Shown piece by piece: positions 38,869 through 48,935 of a stretch of DNA of 64,000 nucleotides; position 1 is the stretch's first letter, and the number at the start of each line of letters is the position of its first letter. Under the pieces are notes generated by a model. That model was not told the origin of the DNA. It searched no databases and worked only from the letters and a program-made list of their open reading frames with translations. Source of the stretch: Patescibacteria group bacterium (GTDB lineage Bacteria > Patescibacteriota > Minisyncoccia > Phycocordibacterales > SBAW01); NCBI GenBank assembly GCA_016176685.1, contig JACOWS010000002.1, positions 30,608 through 94,607 of the forward strand, given 5' to 3'. The position numbers were made by a program, and so were the translations under genes.

Positions 38869-39126
38869 ATGAACACTTCAAACCCCTTCGACTTCAAAAG
38901 AATTCGAGGGGAAATAAGGGACATCGCCGACGCTGCGGCGCAGCGTCGGCGAAAGGGCTTGAGGGTTATTGCCCTCTCCCTTCTGGCGGCGCTGGCCGCA
39001 ATGCTCGTCGCAGTCGCAGCGAGCATCCAGACCTTGCCCAGGGCAGGGTTGGACTACGAGGGCATCAAGGTCCTCTCGGAACGGGCTGCGTTTGAGCAGC
39101 TCGTCGCGGATGCCAGCCGCCAGTGA
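38869..39126 (+). CDS. Small single-TM hypothetical protein
   Basis: Own promoter, SD AAGGAG, downstream hairpin ggggtcgtctgc/gcagacgacccc. Confidence 0.65.
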   Translation: MNTSNPFDFKRIRGEIRDIADAAAQRRRKGLRVIALSLLAALAAMLVAVAASIQTLPRAGLDYEGIKVLSERAAFEQLVADASRQ

Positions 39127-39272
39127 GTTTAGGGGTCGTCTGCGTTTGAGCAGACGACCCCATTTATTTTTGCTTACTTTTTACGAATTACACCAACCAC
39201 ACCTTACCATCTATGCCGCTATAGCATTAGTTATGGTAAAATATATTTTAATAATAAACTCTGTACGCAATT

Positions 39273-40933
39273 CTACAAAAGTATCTCGACTAGTCGGCTT
39301 AATACAAAGTCGCGTTCCAGTGCGGAAAGGAACCACCCGGCTTGCGGACCGTGCGTTTTGCCGAGGAAAGCCAGGTAGATTGCTTTAAACAGCTCCGCCG
39401 GGGCTATGCCCTGCCCTTCCTTTATTTCATGCAGTTTTTTGTGCAAGTCATCACCGCTTGGCATCTGCGGCGACACTTCTATATATCGAAGTAGCTCGCC
39501 GAGAGCTTTTTTCTGCGCGTCGCTTAAACTGTTAGCTGCGTCCGGGAGCGTTTTCTGCAGTTCATAGACAAACCTCTCCGGCGCATATTGTGCGAGCCAT
39601 TTTTTTGCATACGAGGCGCGCTCCTTGAGCTCTGTTTTATCCTCTGCGGTGAGCGCACCGCCTTTTATTTTTTCCACCTCCACTTCCACCTTAAGGTGCG
39701 GCATCTGCACGATGAAGGCCACTTGCGAAAACCGCGGGAGAAAGACCGGTGGCGGAATCCGCCGGAGAAATGGTCTGGCCTCGCCTTGCCCGCCAGGAGA
39801 TTGCGGGCGAGCGAGGAGACCCGAGGACCTTTCTCCGGCGGATTCCGCCGTAGGTTCAAACAAATATGAAAACAACCGCGCGTAGTCGTCTTTGACGCCG
39901 GCCCAATAGCTCAAGGCGAGTTTGTCGTACTGGTCGTAGAGCACCGGTATGGTATCGCCCTCGGGGTCGAAATTTATTTGCTGGTTGATGTCGCGGCCCA
40001 GCAGTGCCAAACGGAAAATCTTTGTGGGTACCAGGTCTGAAATTTCTTTAGCACTGCTCCCCCTCCCTTTGCTTGACGACATCTTTTTGCCGCCCGCGAG
40101 CAAAAACTCGTAGGGGATGTCAAACGGCGGCTCGTAGTTGAAGACTTCTTTGGAAATATGGTTGGCCACGTCGCGCGAGCCGCCGCGCGTCGAGTGGTCT
40201 TTGCCCGCGCCCTCTACCAAAACTCCGCCCACCTTCCACTTTGCGGCCCACTCAACCTTCCACGGCAACTTGGCTTTACCGCCAAACGGGGAAACTCTGC
40301 CCGCAAATCCGCATCCTTTTGTATATTCAACCTTATCTTCTCTGCAGAGGACGGCCACTGTTTTGCCATCGAAGTCGCTTGCTTCTGTGGTTGCTATCTT
40401 TCCGCACCCCGGGCACACTACGGAGAGCGGGAGCCACTCCCCTTCTTTTTGCGAGCCGGAAACTTCTTTATATATAGTGCGGATTTTTTCGGCATTCTTG
40501 AGCGCCCCGGTAATAGCCCCGTCCATGCGGCCAGAAAGATATAGGTCGCTTGCCCACGAGTATTCTGGGGTAAACCCCGCATGCGCTATGGCTTTCTTAA
40601 AGTCGTCGGCAAAGTACTCGGCAAAGTTTAGGGCGCTGGGCTCTGGTGATGGCACGTTTTTAAGCGGCATTCCCAAATAGTGCTCAAATTGTTCGCGCGG
40701 GAGGTAGGCGGGGATGTCATCCATCGGGTCAAAGTCGTTCATCTCAAAGCGAAATACGTTCGGGACTTTTGCTCCGCGAGTATCTTGGCCACCGCGCCGT
40801 GTATTGCCACCCCGCGCATAGAACCTATGTGTACGCGGCCGGAGACCGTCTTTTCGTCGCGTACGACAATGGTACCCTTCCGGCCCTTGTAGCGCTCGAC
40901 TATCTCCCCCGCTATCCGCTCTGCCCAAAACAT
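39273..40933 (-). CDS. lysS: Class I lysyl-tRNA synthetase, split by a -1 frameshift near 40766-40771
   Basis: Frame 0: MFWAE..SGRVHIGSMRG..ILAEQK; -1 frame: VPNVFRFEMNDFDP, CPGCG, WKVEWAAKW, GKDH, KMSSSKG, GP. Confidence 0.9.
39751..39849. repeat. 99-nt in-frame palindromic insertion in lysS
   Basis: Perfect 20-bp arms ggcggaatccgccggagaaa / tttctccggcggattccgcc with nested helices. Confidence 0.88.
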
Positions 40934-40942
40934 GGGCTTATT

Positions 40943-41413
40943 CTACTCTACTTTCAAAATTTTGTATTTGTTGGTGCCTTTGGGAGTATGGAAGGAAAAT
41001 TCGTCCCCCCTTTTTTTACCCATGAGCGCCGCGCCCAAGGGCGAGTGGTAGGAAATTTTACCCTCAAACATGTTTGTCTCCTCGGAGCCGACAATGGTGT
41101 AGGTGCGCTTCTCCTCACTGCCTTTTGCGGCAGTGGGCTGCACGGTAACCATAGAGCTCATGCCGACGGTTTCGCTTTTACTGCCCTGCACTATCTTTGC
41201 ATTCTTAAGCATCGCCTCGAGTTTGCTGATGCGCTCCTCCACCGCCGCCTGCATCTCGCGCGCCTCTTGGTACTCGGCGTTTTCCGACAGGTCGCCGAGC
41301 GAGCGGGCGTATTCCAACTGCTCGGCAATTTCTTTGCGGCGCGTGGTACGCAGTTGGTCGAGTTCGCGGGTTAATTCCTCGAACTTCTCTTTAGAAAATA
41401 ATTCTTCTCCCAT
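40943..41413 (-). CDS. greA: Transcription elongation factor GreA
   Basis: GDLSENAEY, ISYHSPLG. Confidence 0.96.
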   Translation of the reverse strand: MGEELFSKEKFEELTRELDQLRTTRRKEIAEQLEYARSLGDLSENAEYQEAREMQAAVEERISKLEAMLKNAKIVQGSKSETVGMSSMVTVQPTAAKGSEEKRTYTIVGSEETNMFEGKISYHSPLGAALMGKKRGDEFSFHTPKGTNKYKILKVE

Positions 41414-41451
41414 AGCTATGCCGAAGTAGTGTAACGGAGTGAGCAGTAAAG

Positions 41452-43155
41452 TCAAGGAAGAACTTCCAGGTACTGCGGTGCGTTGGCATTGAGCCAGTCT
41501 AGGAATGCGCGAACAGCGGCCGAGGCGCCCACGGCGGTGCCCGCGGGGCCGCGCTCCAAAACCACTGCATACGCATAACGCGGATGTTCGTACGGGAAAA
41601 ATCCTATCATCCAGGAGTTCATGTACTCATTCTTGACTCCCACCTGCGCAGTGCCGGTTTTTGCCGCTACCGAAACATAGGGAGTATTGACCGCACTTGC
41701 AATTCCTTCGGTGACCCCAAGCCGCATACCTTCGCGCGCCACTTGCATCGCCTCGCTTGAGGCGCCGACTCTGCGCGAATACGGGGTCGAGCTTGCCACA
41801 ATAGTGGGTGTGAGCAGATGTCCATCGTTTGCAAGAGCCGCGGTGGCGCGCACGGCCTGCAGAGGAGTGGTTTGCATGCCATACTGCCCTATTGCGGTGT
41901 GATACGTGTTGCCGATGCGCCACGGGTCGCCGGGGAAGGTTGCCTCCTTCCATGCCGGCGAGGGGATGGCTCCCGCTTGGCTGCTAAAACCTAGGAGTCC
42001 TGCATCCTCGCCGAACCCAAACGCCCTTAACCACTGGCCGAGCCGGTCTATGCCTAACCCGGGCTGGCCTTCAAACCCGCCGCCCACTTCGTAAAAATAT
42101 ATGTCGGAGGAAACGGCGATAGCGCGGCGCATGTCGGCCCAGCCGTTTACGCGCCAATCTTTAAACACGGTGGGGTGCGCCTCATCGTATGGGTTGGGAA
42201 TGCTAATCGAGCCGGTGGAGAGTATTTGCTTGTGCTCGTCTATTACTCCCTCATCAAGCGCCGCGACGCCGACAAACGGCTTCACAATTGAGCCGGGTGC
42301 ATAGAGACCGTCGACCACGCGATTAAGAAACGGTTCTCTCTTGTCCTCCGTGAGCATTGCGAGCGCTTCGGCGCTTCCCTCCGACAGAGTTTGGGAAGTA
42401 TATTCCGGGTAGCTCGTGAGCGCCAGCAACTCGCCGGTATCTACGTCCATCAACACCCCGGCCCCGGCTTGGAAATGAGAGCCGGAGACGCGCGCGGCTA
42501 TGGCATCATATAGCCCCTGGGTGACGCCCGCGTCTATGGAAAGTTGTAGAGTGCTTCCGGCGATAGGAGGATCCTCGGCGCTTTGGGAAACGATAGTGCC
42601 GCGTGCGTCCGTTTCGGTAAGTATGCGGCCATTTTTTCCGCTTAATATGCCGTCAAACACGCGCTCCGCGCCATCTATGCCGACAAAAGAGGTCTGATAG
42701 TACACGCCGGAGGCATCCTTTGCCGGCGGCTTGGTATACCCCACCATATGGGCAACCCCTCGATAAGCACTGTAGGCGCGCACTACCGCCCCCGCGCCAG
42801 AGGCTGTGGTGCTTGCGGCGCGCACATTATTGTAGGCAAGTTCCACCCCCGCGCGGTCTTTGAGCGCGCCGCGGTCGGCAAACAGCAGTTGCTCGGTCAA
42901 CTGATTTTCGGCGGCTTGTGTGGCATATGCAATACCGTTGGTAAACATGAGGTTCCACGCGCGCGTGCCAAAGGCAAAAAAGAGCAGGGCCACAACCCCC
43001 CCCACAACCGCAAGAGTCTGCCGGCGGATAGGTTTCTCCAGCCGACCCTCAAAATGCAGCGTGTCGTACGCGGGTAGATTTGAGGAGTCTAGAAATATTT
43101 CGTCCGGCGCTATCTCCTGACTCCTACGCTTTGCGGAGTGCCTAAACCAAGCCAT
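41452..43155 (-). CDS. mrdA: Class B penicillin-binding protein 2
   Basis: SIVK, SSD, KTG; downstream of mreBC. Confidence 0.88.
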   Translation of the reverse strand: MAWFRHSAKRRSQEIAPDEIFLDSSNLPAYDTLHFEGRLEKPIRRQTLAVVGGVVALLFFAFGTRAWNLMFTNGIAYATQAAENQLTEQLLFADRGALKDRAGVELAYNNVRAASTTASGAGAVVRAYSAYRGVAHMVGYTKPPAKDASGVYYQTSFVGIDGAERVFDGILSGKNGRILTETDARGTIVSQSAEDPPIAGSTLQLSIDAGVTQGLYDAIAARVSGSHFQAGAGVLMDVDTGELLALTSYPEYTSQTLSEGSAEALAMLTEDKREPFLNRVVDGLYAPGSIVKPFVGVAALDEGVIDEHKQILSTGSISIPNPYDEAHPTVFKDWRVNGWADMRRAIAVSSDIYFYEVGGGFEGQPGLGIDRLGQWLRAFGFGEDAGLLGFSSQAGAIPSPAWKEATFPGDPWRIGNTYHTAIGQYGMQTTPLQAVRATAALANDGHLLTPTIVASSTPYSRRVGASSEAMQVAREGMRLGVTEGIASAVNTPYVSVAAKTGTAQVGVKNEYMNSWMIGFFPYEHPRYAYAVVLERGPAGTAVGASAAVRAFLDWLNANAPQYLEVLP

Positions 43156-43161
43156 AACGCC

Positions 43162-43455
43162 CTAGTATAGCGTTTCCGACTGCATTCTGCCTAAAAGGTA
43201 GCGTTTGGCGAGCGCGCGGCCGAGCATCGCGGCAAGCGCGATAATCGTAAAAGGAAACCATACAAAGTGCGGCGCGCCCATGGGCGCGCCGTAGGCAATA
43301 TCAAACAAAAGACCCATCGCTATGGCAAACAAGTACCGGCCCGAGAGTCCCGCAAGCAGTATGCCGAGTGCCGAGAGCGGCCACAAAGGGAGCAAAAAGC
43401 CGAGTGCGGCGAGGAGGAAGCTGGCGGCGAGGAGGAGGCGGGTTTTGTTCATCAT
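43162..43455 (-). CDS. Small multi-TM protein in the MreD position
   Basis: Hydrophobic, GLLFD motif, between mreC and mrdA. Confidence 0.6.
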   Translation of the reverse strand: MMNKTRLLLAASFLLAALGFLLPLWPLSALGILLAGLSGRYLFAIAMGLLFDIAYGAPMGAPHFVWFPFTIIALAAMLGRALAKRYLLGRMQSETLY

Positions 43456-44264
43456 AATGCTGTTTGCGGACGCACCTCTACATACTGTAATCCAAACAAA
43501 TTAACCGGCAACGACATAGAAAGCGTTAAAAACGAACCGCCTTCGGTTGGAGTTACGCTCACCACCGCGGCGGCAAATGATGGGGCAATGCCCGGGAATA
43601 GTACCGCATCGCCCACGCGTACTACGGTGCCGGACGGCACGTCGCCCGCAAGCGACCCGCCGCCCATGCCGGCAACAGTAAGCGGCACGGTGCCGTCTTG
43701 TGTTTTGAGCAACGCGTCGTACGACTCACCCGGTGCGGAGAGCAGGACCACGCGCGCGGCGTGCGGGTATACCTGCGACACTTTCCCTACTATGACCGAA
43801 CCGCCGGCAAACACCGGCGCCCCCGCCACGACCCCCTCTATACTCCCCGCATCTATAAAGAGCGTGTCGTATGGCACCCCGGGGGGCGCGAGCAGTACGG
43901 CGGCAAGTATGCTTGCCGTGCTCGCCTCCCTGCCAAGGCGGCGTTTTAGGTCGCTGTTTTCAAGGTATAGCAGGTTGCGGTCGAGGAGCAGTATGCTTGA
44001 TGAAGCGAGGGCGGCGCGCAGGGCATCATTCTCCGCAACCAGGGCGGTTTTTGATGCAAATGGCGTTGCTATAGAACTAAACACGCCCGCGGAGAATGTC
44101 CGTGTTTCGAGTACCGGAGTAGCAACGCTCCACAGCACGATTGAGAGTTGCTCTCGCCAGAGCGCCGCCATGGCGAACAGCGCTATACAAAGAACCAAAA
44201 ACACTACGGTGCGAGGAGACCCAAAGCGCCGGCCGTGACGCCGGCTAGGAGAAATCGTCGTCAT
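43452..44264 (-). CDS. mreC: Rod shape-determining protein MreC
   Basis: TM, coiled coil, IDAG..EGV..G, VGKV; follows mreB. Confidence 0.85.
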   Translation of the reverse strand: MTTISPSRRHGRRFGSPRTVVFLVLCIALFAMAALWREQLSIVLWSVATPVLETRTFSAGVFSSIATPFASKTALVAENDALRAALASSSILLLDRNLLYLENSDLKRRLGREASTASILAAVLLAPPGVPYDTLFIDAGSIEGVVAGAPVFAGGSVIVGKVSQVYPHAARVVLLSAPGESYDALLKTQDGTVPLTVAGMGGGSLAGDVPSGTVVRVGDAVLFPGIAPSFAAAVVSVTPTEGGSFLTLSMSLPVNLFGLQYVEVRPQTAL

Positions 44265-45312
44265 ACTCTAAAAATACATCCCGGTAGGCGTCAAGGTTTT
44301 CCAAAATAACACCGGTGCCGCGCGCCACGGCGGTCAAGGGGTCGTCGGCAACCACCACCGGGACCTTGAGCCATTGCGAGAGCAGTTGGTCGAGCCCTTT
44401 AAATAGCGCTCCCCCGCCGACAAGCACTATACCCTGCCGCATTATGTCGGAGAGGATTTCGGGCGGCGTAGTTTCAAGCACCTCGCGGATAGTTTCAACC
44501 AGCGTGTCCATAGACTGCGAGACGGCCTCGCGGATGTCGGAGTCGGTTATTATAACCTCGCGAGGGAGCCCGGTTATAAGGTCGCGGCCGCGCACCACCG
44601 CCTCGAGGTGCCCGCCACCTTCTGTGACAGAGCCGATAGCAACTTTAACGTTCTCGGCGGTCTTTTCGCCTATCAAAATCTTAAATTCAGAACGTAGGTG
44701 AGAGATGATGTCTTGGTCGAGCTTGTCGCCCGCTATTCTAAGATTTTTTGAGCGCACGACTCCGCCGAGAGAGAGAACGGCAATGTCCGTGTTGCCGCCG
44801 CCAATGTCGACTATCATGCTCCCCATAGCCTCGCGTATGGGGAGGCGCGTGCCGATTGCCGCGGCCATCGGCTCTTCGACAATGTAAACTTCTCGGGCTC
44901 CGGCGTTGCGCGTCGCGTCTTTAACCGCGCGTATCTCTACATTGGTGATGCCGCTTGGCACGCCTATCACCACGCGCGGGCCCAATAGTTTGCGCGCGGT
45001 ACCTGCCGGCGAGCTCTGCGCGCGGTTTATAAGGTACGCAAGCATCTCTTCGGTCGCCTCAAAGTCCGACACCACACCCTCTACCAATGGGCGCACGGCG
45101 GCCAAGTGCCCGGGGGTCCTTCCGAGCATTGCTTTGGCAACACTCCCCACCGCCACCACCTGGCCGGTTTTTTGGTTGACCGCCACTACCGAGGGCTCGG
45201 TCACCACGATGCCCTTGCCGCGCAAATATACCAGCGTGTTTGCCGTGCCAAGGTCTATCCCGAGGTCGTTGGAAAAAATCGGAAACACTCGGTTTGTAAT
45301 CAGTTTAAACAT
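44245..45312 (-). CDS. mreB: Rod shape-determining actin MreB
   Basis: GIDLGTANT, EPSVVA, EEPMAAAIG, DIGGG. Confidence 0.95.
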   Translation of the reverse strand: MFKLITNRVFPIFSNDLGIDLGTANTLVYLRGKGIVVTEPSVVAVNQKTGQVVAVGSVAKAMLGRTPGHLAAVRPLVEGVVSDFEATEEMLAYLINRAQSSPAGTARKLLGPRVVIGVPSGITNVEIRAVKDATRNAGAREVYIVEEPMAAAIGTRLPIREAMGSMIVDIGGGNTDIAVLSLGGVVRSKNLRIAGDKLDQDIISHLRSEFKILIGEKTAENVKVAIGSVTEGGGHLEAVVRGRDLITGLPREVIITDSDIREAVSQSMDTLVETIREVLETTPPEILSDIMRQGIVLVGGGALFKGLDQLLSQWLKVPVVVADDPLTAVARGTGVILENLDAYRDVFLEYDDDFS

Positions 45313-46561
45313 GGGTAAGGCGCGTCTGCAGTTCTGAAATGGAGAGATGCTGAGTTTTGCCGCCCTTGCGCTCGGTACACTCAAACGCTCCTTCGGACAG
45401 CGTCTTTTCCGACACCACCACTCTAAGAGGAACGCCCAAAAGGTCGCTGTCGGAAAACTTTTCCCCCGCGCGCAAGTCGCGGTCGTCCCACAACACCTCT
45501 ATGCCGGCCTCGGTCAGCGTGCGATACAGCTCGCCGGCTTCTGCGGACACTTCCTTGTTGCCGCCGGAGAGCTCAACCAGGTGTACGGCAAACGGAGCGA
45601 TGGACTCGGGCCATACCATGCCCTTTTCGTCGCAGAGTAGTTCCACCACGGTGCCCATGGCGCGCGCCGGGCCGATACCGTAGGAGCCCATGACAACCGG
45701 CACAGACTCGCCCGCCTCGTTTTTATAGGTAAGCCCCAAGGGAGCCGAGTACTTGGTGCCAAGCGGAAAAATGTTGCCGACCTCTATTGACTTCGCCTCG
45801 CGCAGATAGGTCTTGTCGAGGCCTAGCGAGTCGAGCGTCTCGTCGTTGTATACCTCTTTGTTGACGGCAATATGCCGTCGCTCGTCTATATATATGGTGT
45901 CCTCGCCGGCATCCGACACGGTTTGGAACTCATCGCTAAACTTGCTGAACGAGCCGCCTGACGCAAAGGTGCGGAAGGTTTTGTCTCCGATCCCAAGCCT
46001 GTTAAAAATCCGTACATATGCCTCCGCACACTGCTCGTAAAACTCGCGGAACTCCTCTTGCGTTTTGCTGAATGAGTACAGGTCCTTCATGATAAACTCG
46101 CGGGTGCGCATGATGCCGCTCTTGGCCCGTAGCTCGTTGCGGAACTTGGTTTGGAACTGGTACACGTAGCGGGGCAGGTCTTTGTGGGAGGAGATGTGCT
46201 GGGTTAGAAGCCGCGTCAATGGCTCTTCGTGCGTGTTGGCAAATCCCACCTCTCCGCCCGCCTTAAGCTCCGACTTAAACCATATATCCACCACCTCGTC
46301 ATTCCACCGGCCGGAGACCTTCCACACCTCGGGCTCTTGGAGTGCGGTCATCGAAATTTCCTGCCCGCCGATGGCGTTCATCTCCCCGCGGATTACCGCC
46401 ATTATGTTGTTAAGTACCCGGAGCCCCAGCGGCAAAAAAGTGTAAGCCCCGGCCATCTCTTTGTGGATGTATCCGGCGCGTATTAGCAGCTGTGCGTTTT
46501 TAGAAACCTCGTCTTTTGGCGCCTCGCGGCGCGTCTTGGTAAACAATTGCGATTGGCGCAT
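45305..46561 (-). CDS. proS: Prolyl-tRNA synthetase (short, no editing insertion)
   Basis: THEE, KFRNELR, REFIMKDLYSF, IEVGNIF, MGSYGIG. Confidence 0.95.
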   Translation of the reverse strand: MRQSQLFTKTRREAPKDEVSKNAQLLIRAGYIHKEMAGAYTFLPLGLRVLNNIMAVIRGEMNAIGGQEISMTALQEPEVWKVSGRWNDEVVDIWFKSELKAGGEVGFANTHEEPLTRLLTQHISSHKDLPRYVYQFQTKFRNELRAKSGIMRTREFIMKDLYSFSKTQEEFREFYEQCAEAYVRIFNRLGIGDKTFRTFASGGSFSKFSDEFQTVSDAGEDTIYIDERRHIAVNKEVYNDETLDSLGLDKTYLREAKSIEVGNIFPLGTKYSAPLGLTYKNEAGESVPVVMGSYGIGPARAMGTVVELLCDEKGMVWPESIAPFAVHLVELSGGNKEVSAEAGELYRTLTEAGIEVLWDDRDLRAGEKFSDSDLLGVPLRVVVSEKTLSEGAFECTERKGGKTQHLSISELQTRLTHV

Positions 46562-46608
46562 ATGAGAGCCATTGTACGGCGAAACGGCAGGGGAAGCAAA
46601 AAGAGAAA

Positions 46609-47694
46609 CTAGCTTATGAGGCGGGTAATATCGTGGAAAGACACCAGCACCATAAGAGCGATGAGTAGCGCGAAGCCGCCCACGGTAAACCACAAGGTTA
46701 ACCGCTCCGGCAGGGGGCGGCGCGTCACACTTTCTATAAAGATAAAAAATAGCCGGCCGCCGTCGAGCCCCGGTATCGGCAAAATATTTAAAAGCGCCAG
46801 GTTTATTGAAATGAGCGCGGTTAGGGTTACCGCCGCGGCAAACCCGCTTGCGACCGCGCGGCTGCCTATGCCGGCTATCCCGATGGGCCCGGCGATGTCG
46901 GCAAAGTTTCCCGCACCGATGAAGAGCCCCGAAAAAAACTCTGCAAGACCTTCCGCCGTGGCGAGAGTCATGCGGTAGGTCAAGATACCGCCCTCAAGTA
47001 GCGCCAGGTGGGGCGGCAAGGTAAGCACGCCGACATCGTCGAGGTTGATGCCCACCGCCTTGCGCCCGGGCACCAGTCCCGCTTCCGCTTTTGCCAAAAA
47101 GTGCTCCTCGGCGCCGTCGCGCAGTACCGTAAATACGATGCTTTCTTCCTGATGCTCTGTTATAAACGTTTGTACCTCGGCCGAGGAAGCGCCTTGGTGG
47201 AGTGCCGCGCTACCGGTGTCGATATTTTCAACTACATCGCCCGGCAAAAGCCCGGCACGCGCCGCAGGCGAGTCCGGGAAAACGCCCACGACGGTAGCGC
47301 GTACATCGGTGACAGCGCCAAACCCGACATGCTCCGCCGAGGTCGGAAGCCCCGCCAGGTAGCCCGCGGAAAGCACCAACCAGGCAAATAGTATATTCAT
47401 CACGATGCCGGCCGCGATGACTGCCGCCTGCTTGGGCCGGGACTTGCTTGCAAATGCGCGCGGATTGCTTCCCGCCTCATCTTTTCGTTCGCCAAAAATG
47501 CGCACAAAACCGCCAAAAAACAGCAAGTTTATAGAGTAGCGGGTTTCGCCCAATTGGAGCGAGAGTAGACGCGGCGGGAAGCCGATGCCGAACTCCTCCA
47601 CCTTTATACCAAAAAGTTTTGCCGCAAAAAGGTGCCCGAACTCGTGCACGACAATAAGCCCGGTCAATATGAGTATAAATATGAGAAGCGACAT
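46609..47694 (-). CDS. rseP: RIP metalloprotease RseP (M50) with PDZ domain
   Basis: HEFGH, GGFVRI, NILPIPGLDGG. Confidence 0.93.
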   Translation of the reverse strand: MSLLIFILILTGLIVVHEFGHLFAAKLFGIKVEEFGIGFPPRLLSLQLGETRYSINLLFFGGFVRIFGERKDEAGSNPRAFASKSRPKQAAVIAAGIVMNILFAWLVLSAGYLAGLPTSAEHVGFGAVTDVRATVVGVFPDSPAARAGLLPGDVVENIDTGSAALHQGASSAEVQTFITEHQEESIVFTVLRDGAEEHFLAKAEAGLVPGRKAVGINLDDVGVLTLPPHLALLEGGILTYRMTLATAEGLAEFFSGLFIGAGNFADIAGPIGIAGIGSRAVASGFAAAVTLTALISINLALLNILPIPGLDGGRLFFIFIESVTRRPLPERLTLWFTVGGFALLIALMVLVSFHDITRLIS

Positions 47695-47698
47695 AGTG

Positions 47699-48250
47699 CT
47701 AGGCGGCTATCTCCTTTTCCTTGCGTGCCAGCGCCTCGTCAAAGAGCTTGTTGGCCGCATCAACGCGTTTTTGCATTTCGTCTTTGGCGCGGAACTTGTC
47801 ATCTTCCGCCATTTTTTTGTCTTTTTCCTGCTTTTGGATGTCGTTCCATGCATCGTCTCGCGCCGCCCGCAGCTCTTTGCGCACATCTTCAACCTTTTCT
47901 TTTGCGAGCTTCAGCAGCATAGTGCGGCGCTCGGAGGTAAGCTCGGGGAAAAAGACGCGCACACCTTTTTCGTCGCTCCCGACCGAGAGTCCCAAATTTG
48001 CCACGGTGATGGCCTTTTCTATTTCCTTGCCTAAGCTGTGGTCCCACGGGGTAATGCGCAATGTCCGCGCATCCTCAACGGAAATAGTTGCCACCTGCGG
48101 CAAGGTCATCCGCGAACCAAAAGACTCCACGGTAACGCCGTCCAGTATTGCCGGTGTGGCGCGCCCAGTGCGCACGCCCGCAAGCTCTTTGCCGAGCCGC
48201 TCGACTATATCTGCAACACGCTTTCCGAATGGTTTAAAGTCGTATGCCAT
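47699..48250 (-). CDS. frr: Ribosome recycling factor
   Basis: RTGRATP, PELTSERR. Confidence 0.96.
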   Translation of the reverse strand: MAYDFKPFGKRVADIVERLGKELAGVRTGRATPAILDGVTVESFGSRMTLPQVATISVEDARTLRITPWDHSLGKEIEKAITVANLGLSVGSDEKGVRVFFPELTSERRTMLLKLAKEKVEDVRKELRAARDDAWNDIQKQEKDKKMAEDDKFRAKDEMQKRVDAANKLFDEALARKEKEIAA

Positions 48251-48263
48251 CGCTTTTAGTATA

Positions 48264-48926
48264 TCAAACTCTAAATTTTTTTGCCGCCTTGGAATATGTC
48301 TTTACCAGTGGGTCTTGGCTTGTGTCGTAGCGCCTCGCGGGTGCCAGGTATCGGCCGTAGTGTATGACCCGGTTTGAAAAAGAGCCCCACTCTTTTTTGG
48401 GCAAGAGCTGCATTAAGTCTTTTTCAATCTTGACAGGGTTGCGGTGGTTTGAGAGGTCAAACCGGTGCACAAAACGTATCATGTGTGTGTCCACGGTAAC
48501 CCCCGCGACAGTGCCATATACCTCTTGCAAAACCACGTTGGCGGTTTTGCGCGCCACACCCGGCAACAGCAAAAGCTCTTCCATAGTGCGCGGCACCGAG
48601 CCCTTAAACTTGGCCTTAACCATTTTGGCCGCGGCCAAAATGGTTTTTGTTTTATTGCGATAAAAGCCGCTAGACTTTATGTCTTGCTCAAATGCGCGCG
48701 GCCGTGCCAGTACATACGCTTCGAGTGTTTTATATTTTTTAAAAAGCTTCTTTGTAATTTTGTTGACCATTTTGTCAGTGCACTGCGCAGAAAGTTGCAC
48801 CGCCACCACAAGCTCCCATGGGGTATGGTAGGTAAGTTCTATTTCCGCATTGGGAAAAAGCTTTTTAAGCGCCCGGTTGAGTTTTTGTATCCGCACCTTT
48901 CTTTCTTTAAATATTTTAGGATTCAT
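48264..48926 (-). CDS. nth: Endonuclease III (HhH-GPD) lacking the Fe-S cysteine cluster
   Basis: LSAQCTD, LPGVARKTAN, VDTH; no C-terminal Cys motif. Confidence 0.9.
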   Translation of the reverse strand: MNPKIFKERKVRIQKLNRALKKLFPNAEIELTYHTPWELVVAVQLSAQCTDKMVNKITKKLFKKYKTLEAYVLARPRAFEQDIKSSGFYRNKTKTILAAAKMVKAKFKGSVPRTMEELLLLPGVARKTANVVLQEVYGTVAGVTVDTHMIRFVHRFDLSNHRNPVKIEKDLMQLLPKKEWGSFSNRVIHYGRYLAPARRYDTSQDPLVKTYSKAAKKFRV

Positions 48927-48935
48927 ACGTATTTC

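Noticed and set aside
39273-40928. 551-aa ORF starting MGRADSGG as the true LysRS start
   Set aside because: Its first ~55 residues lack the class I HIGH-type motif, which is encoded in the frame starting at 40933.
43267-44238. Long antisense ORFs (43267-44238, 49775-50515, 58898-59779 and similar)
   Set aside because: Shadows of GC3-rich genes on the other strand; no motifs or start signals.
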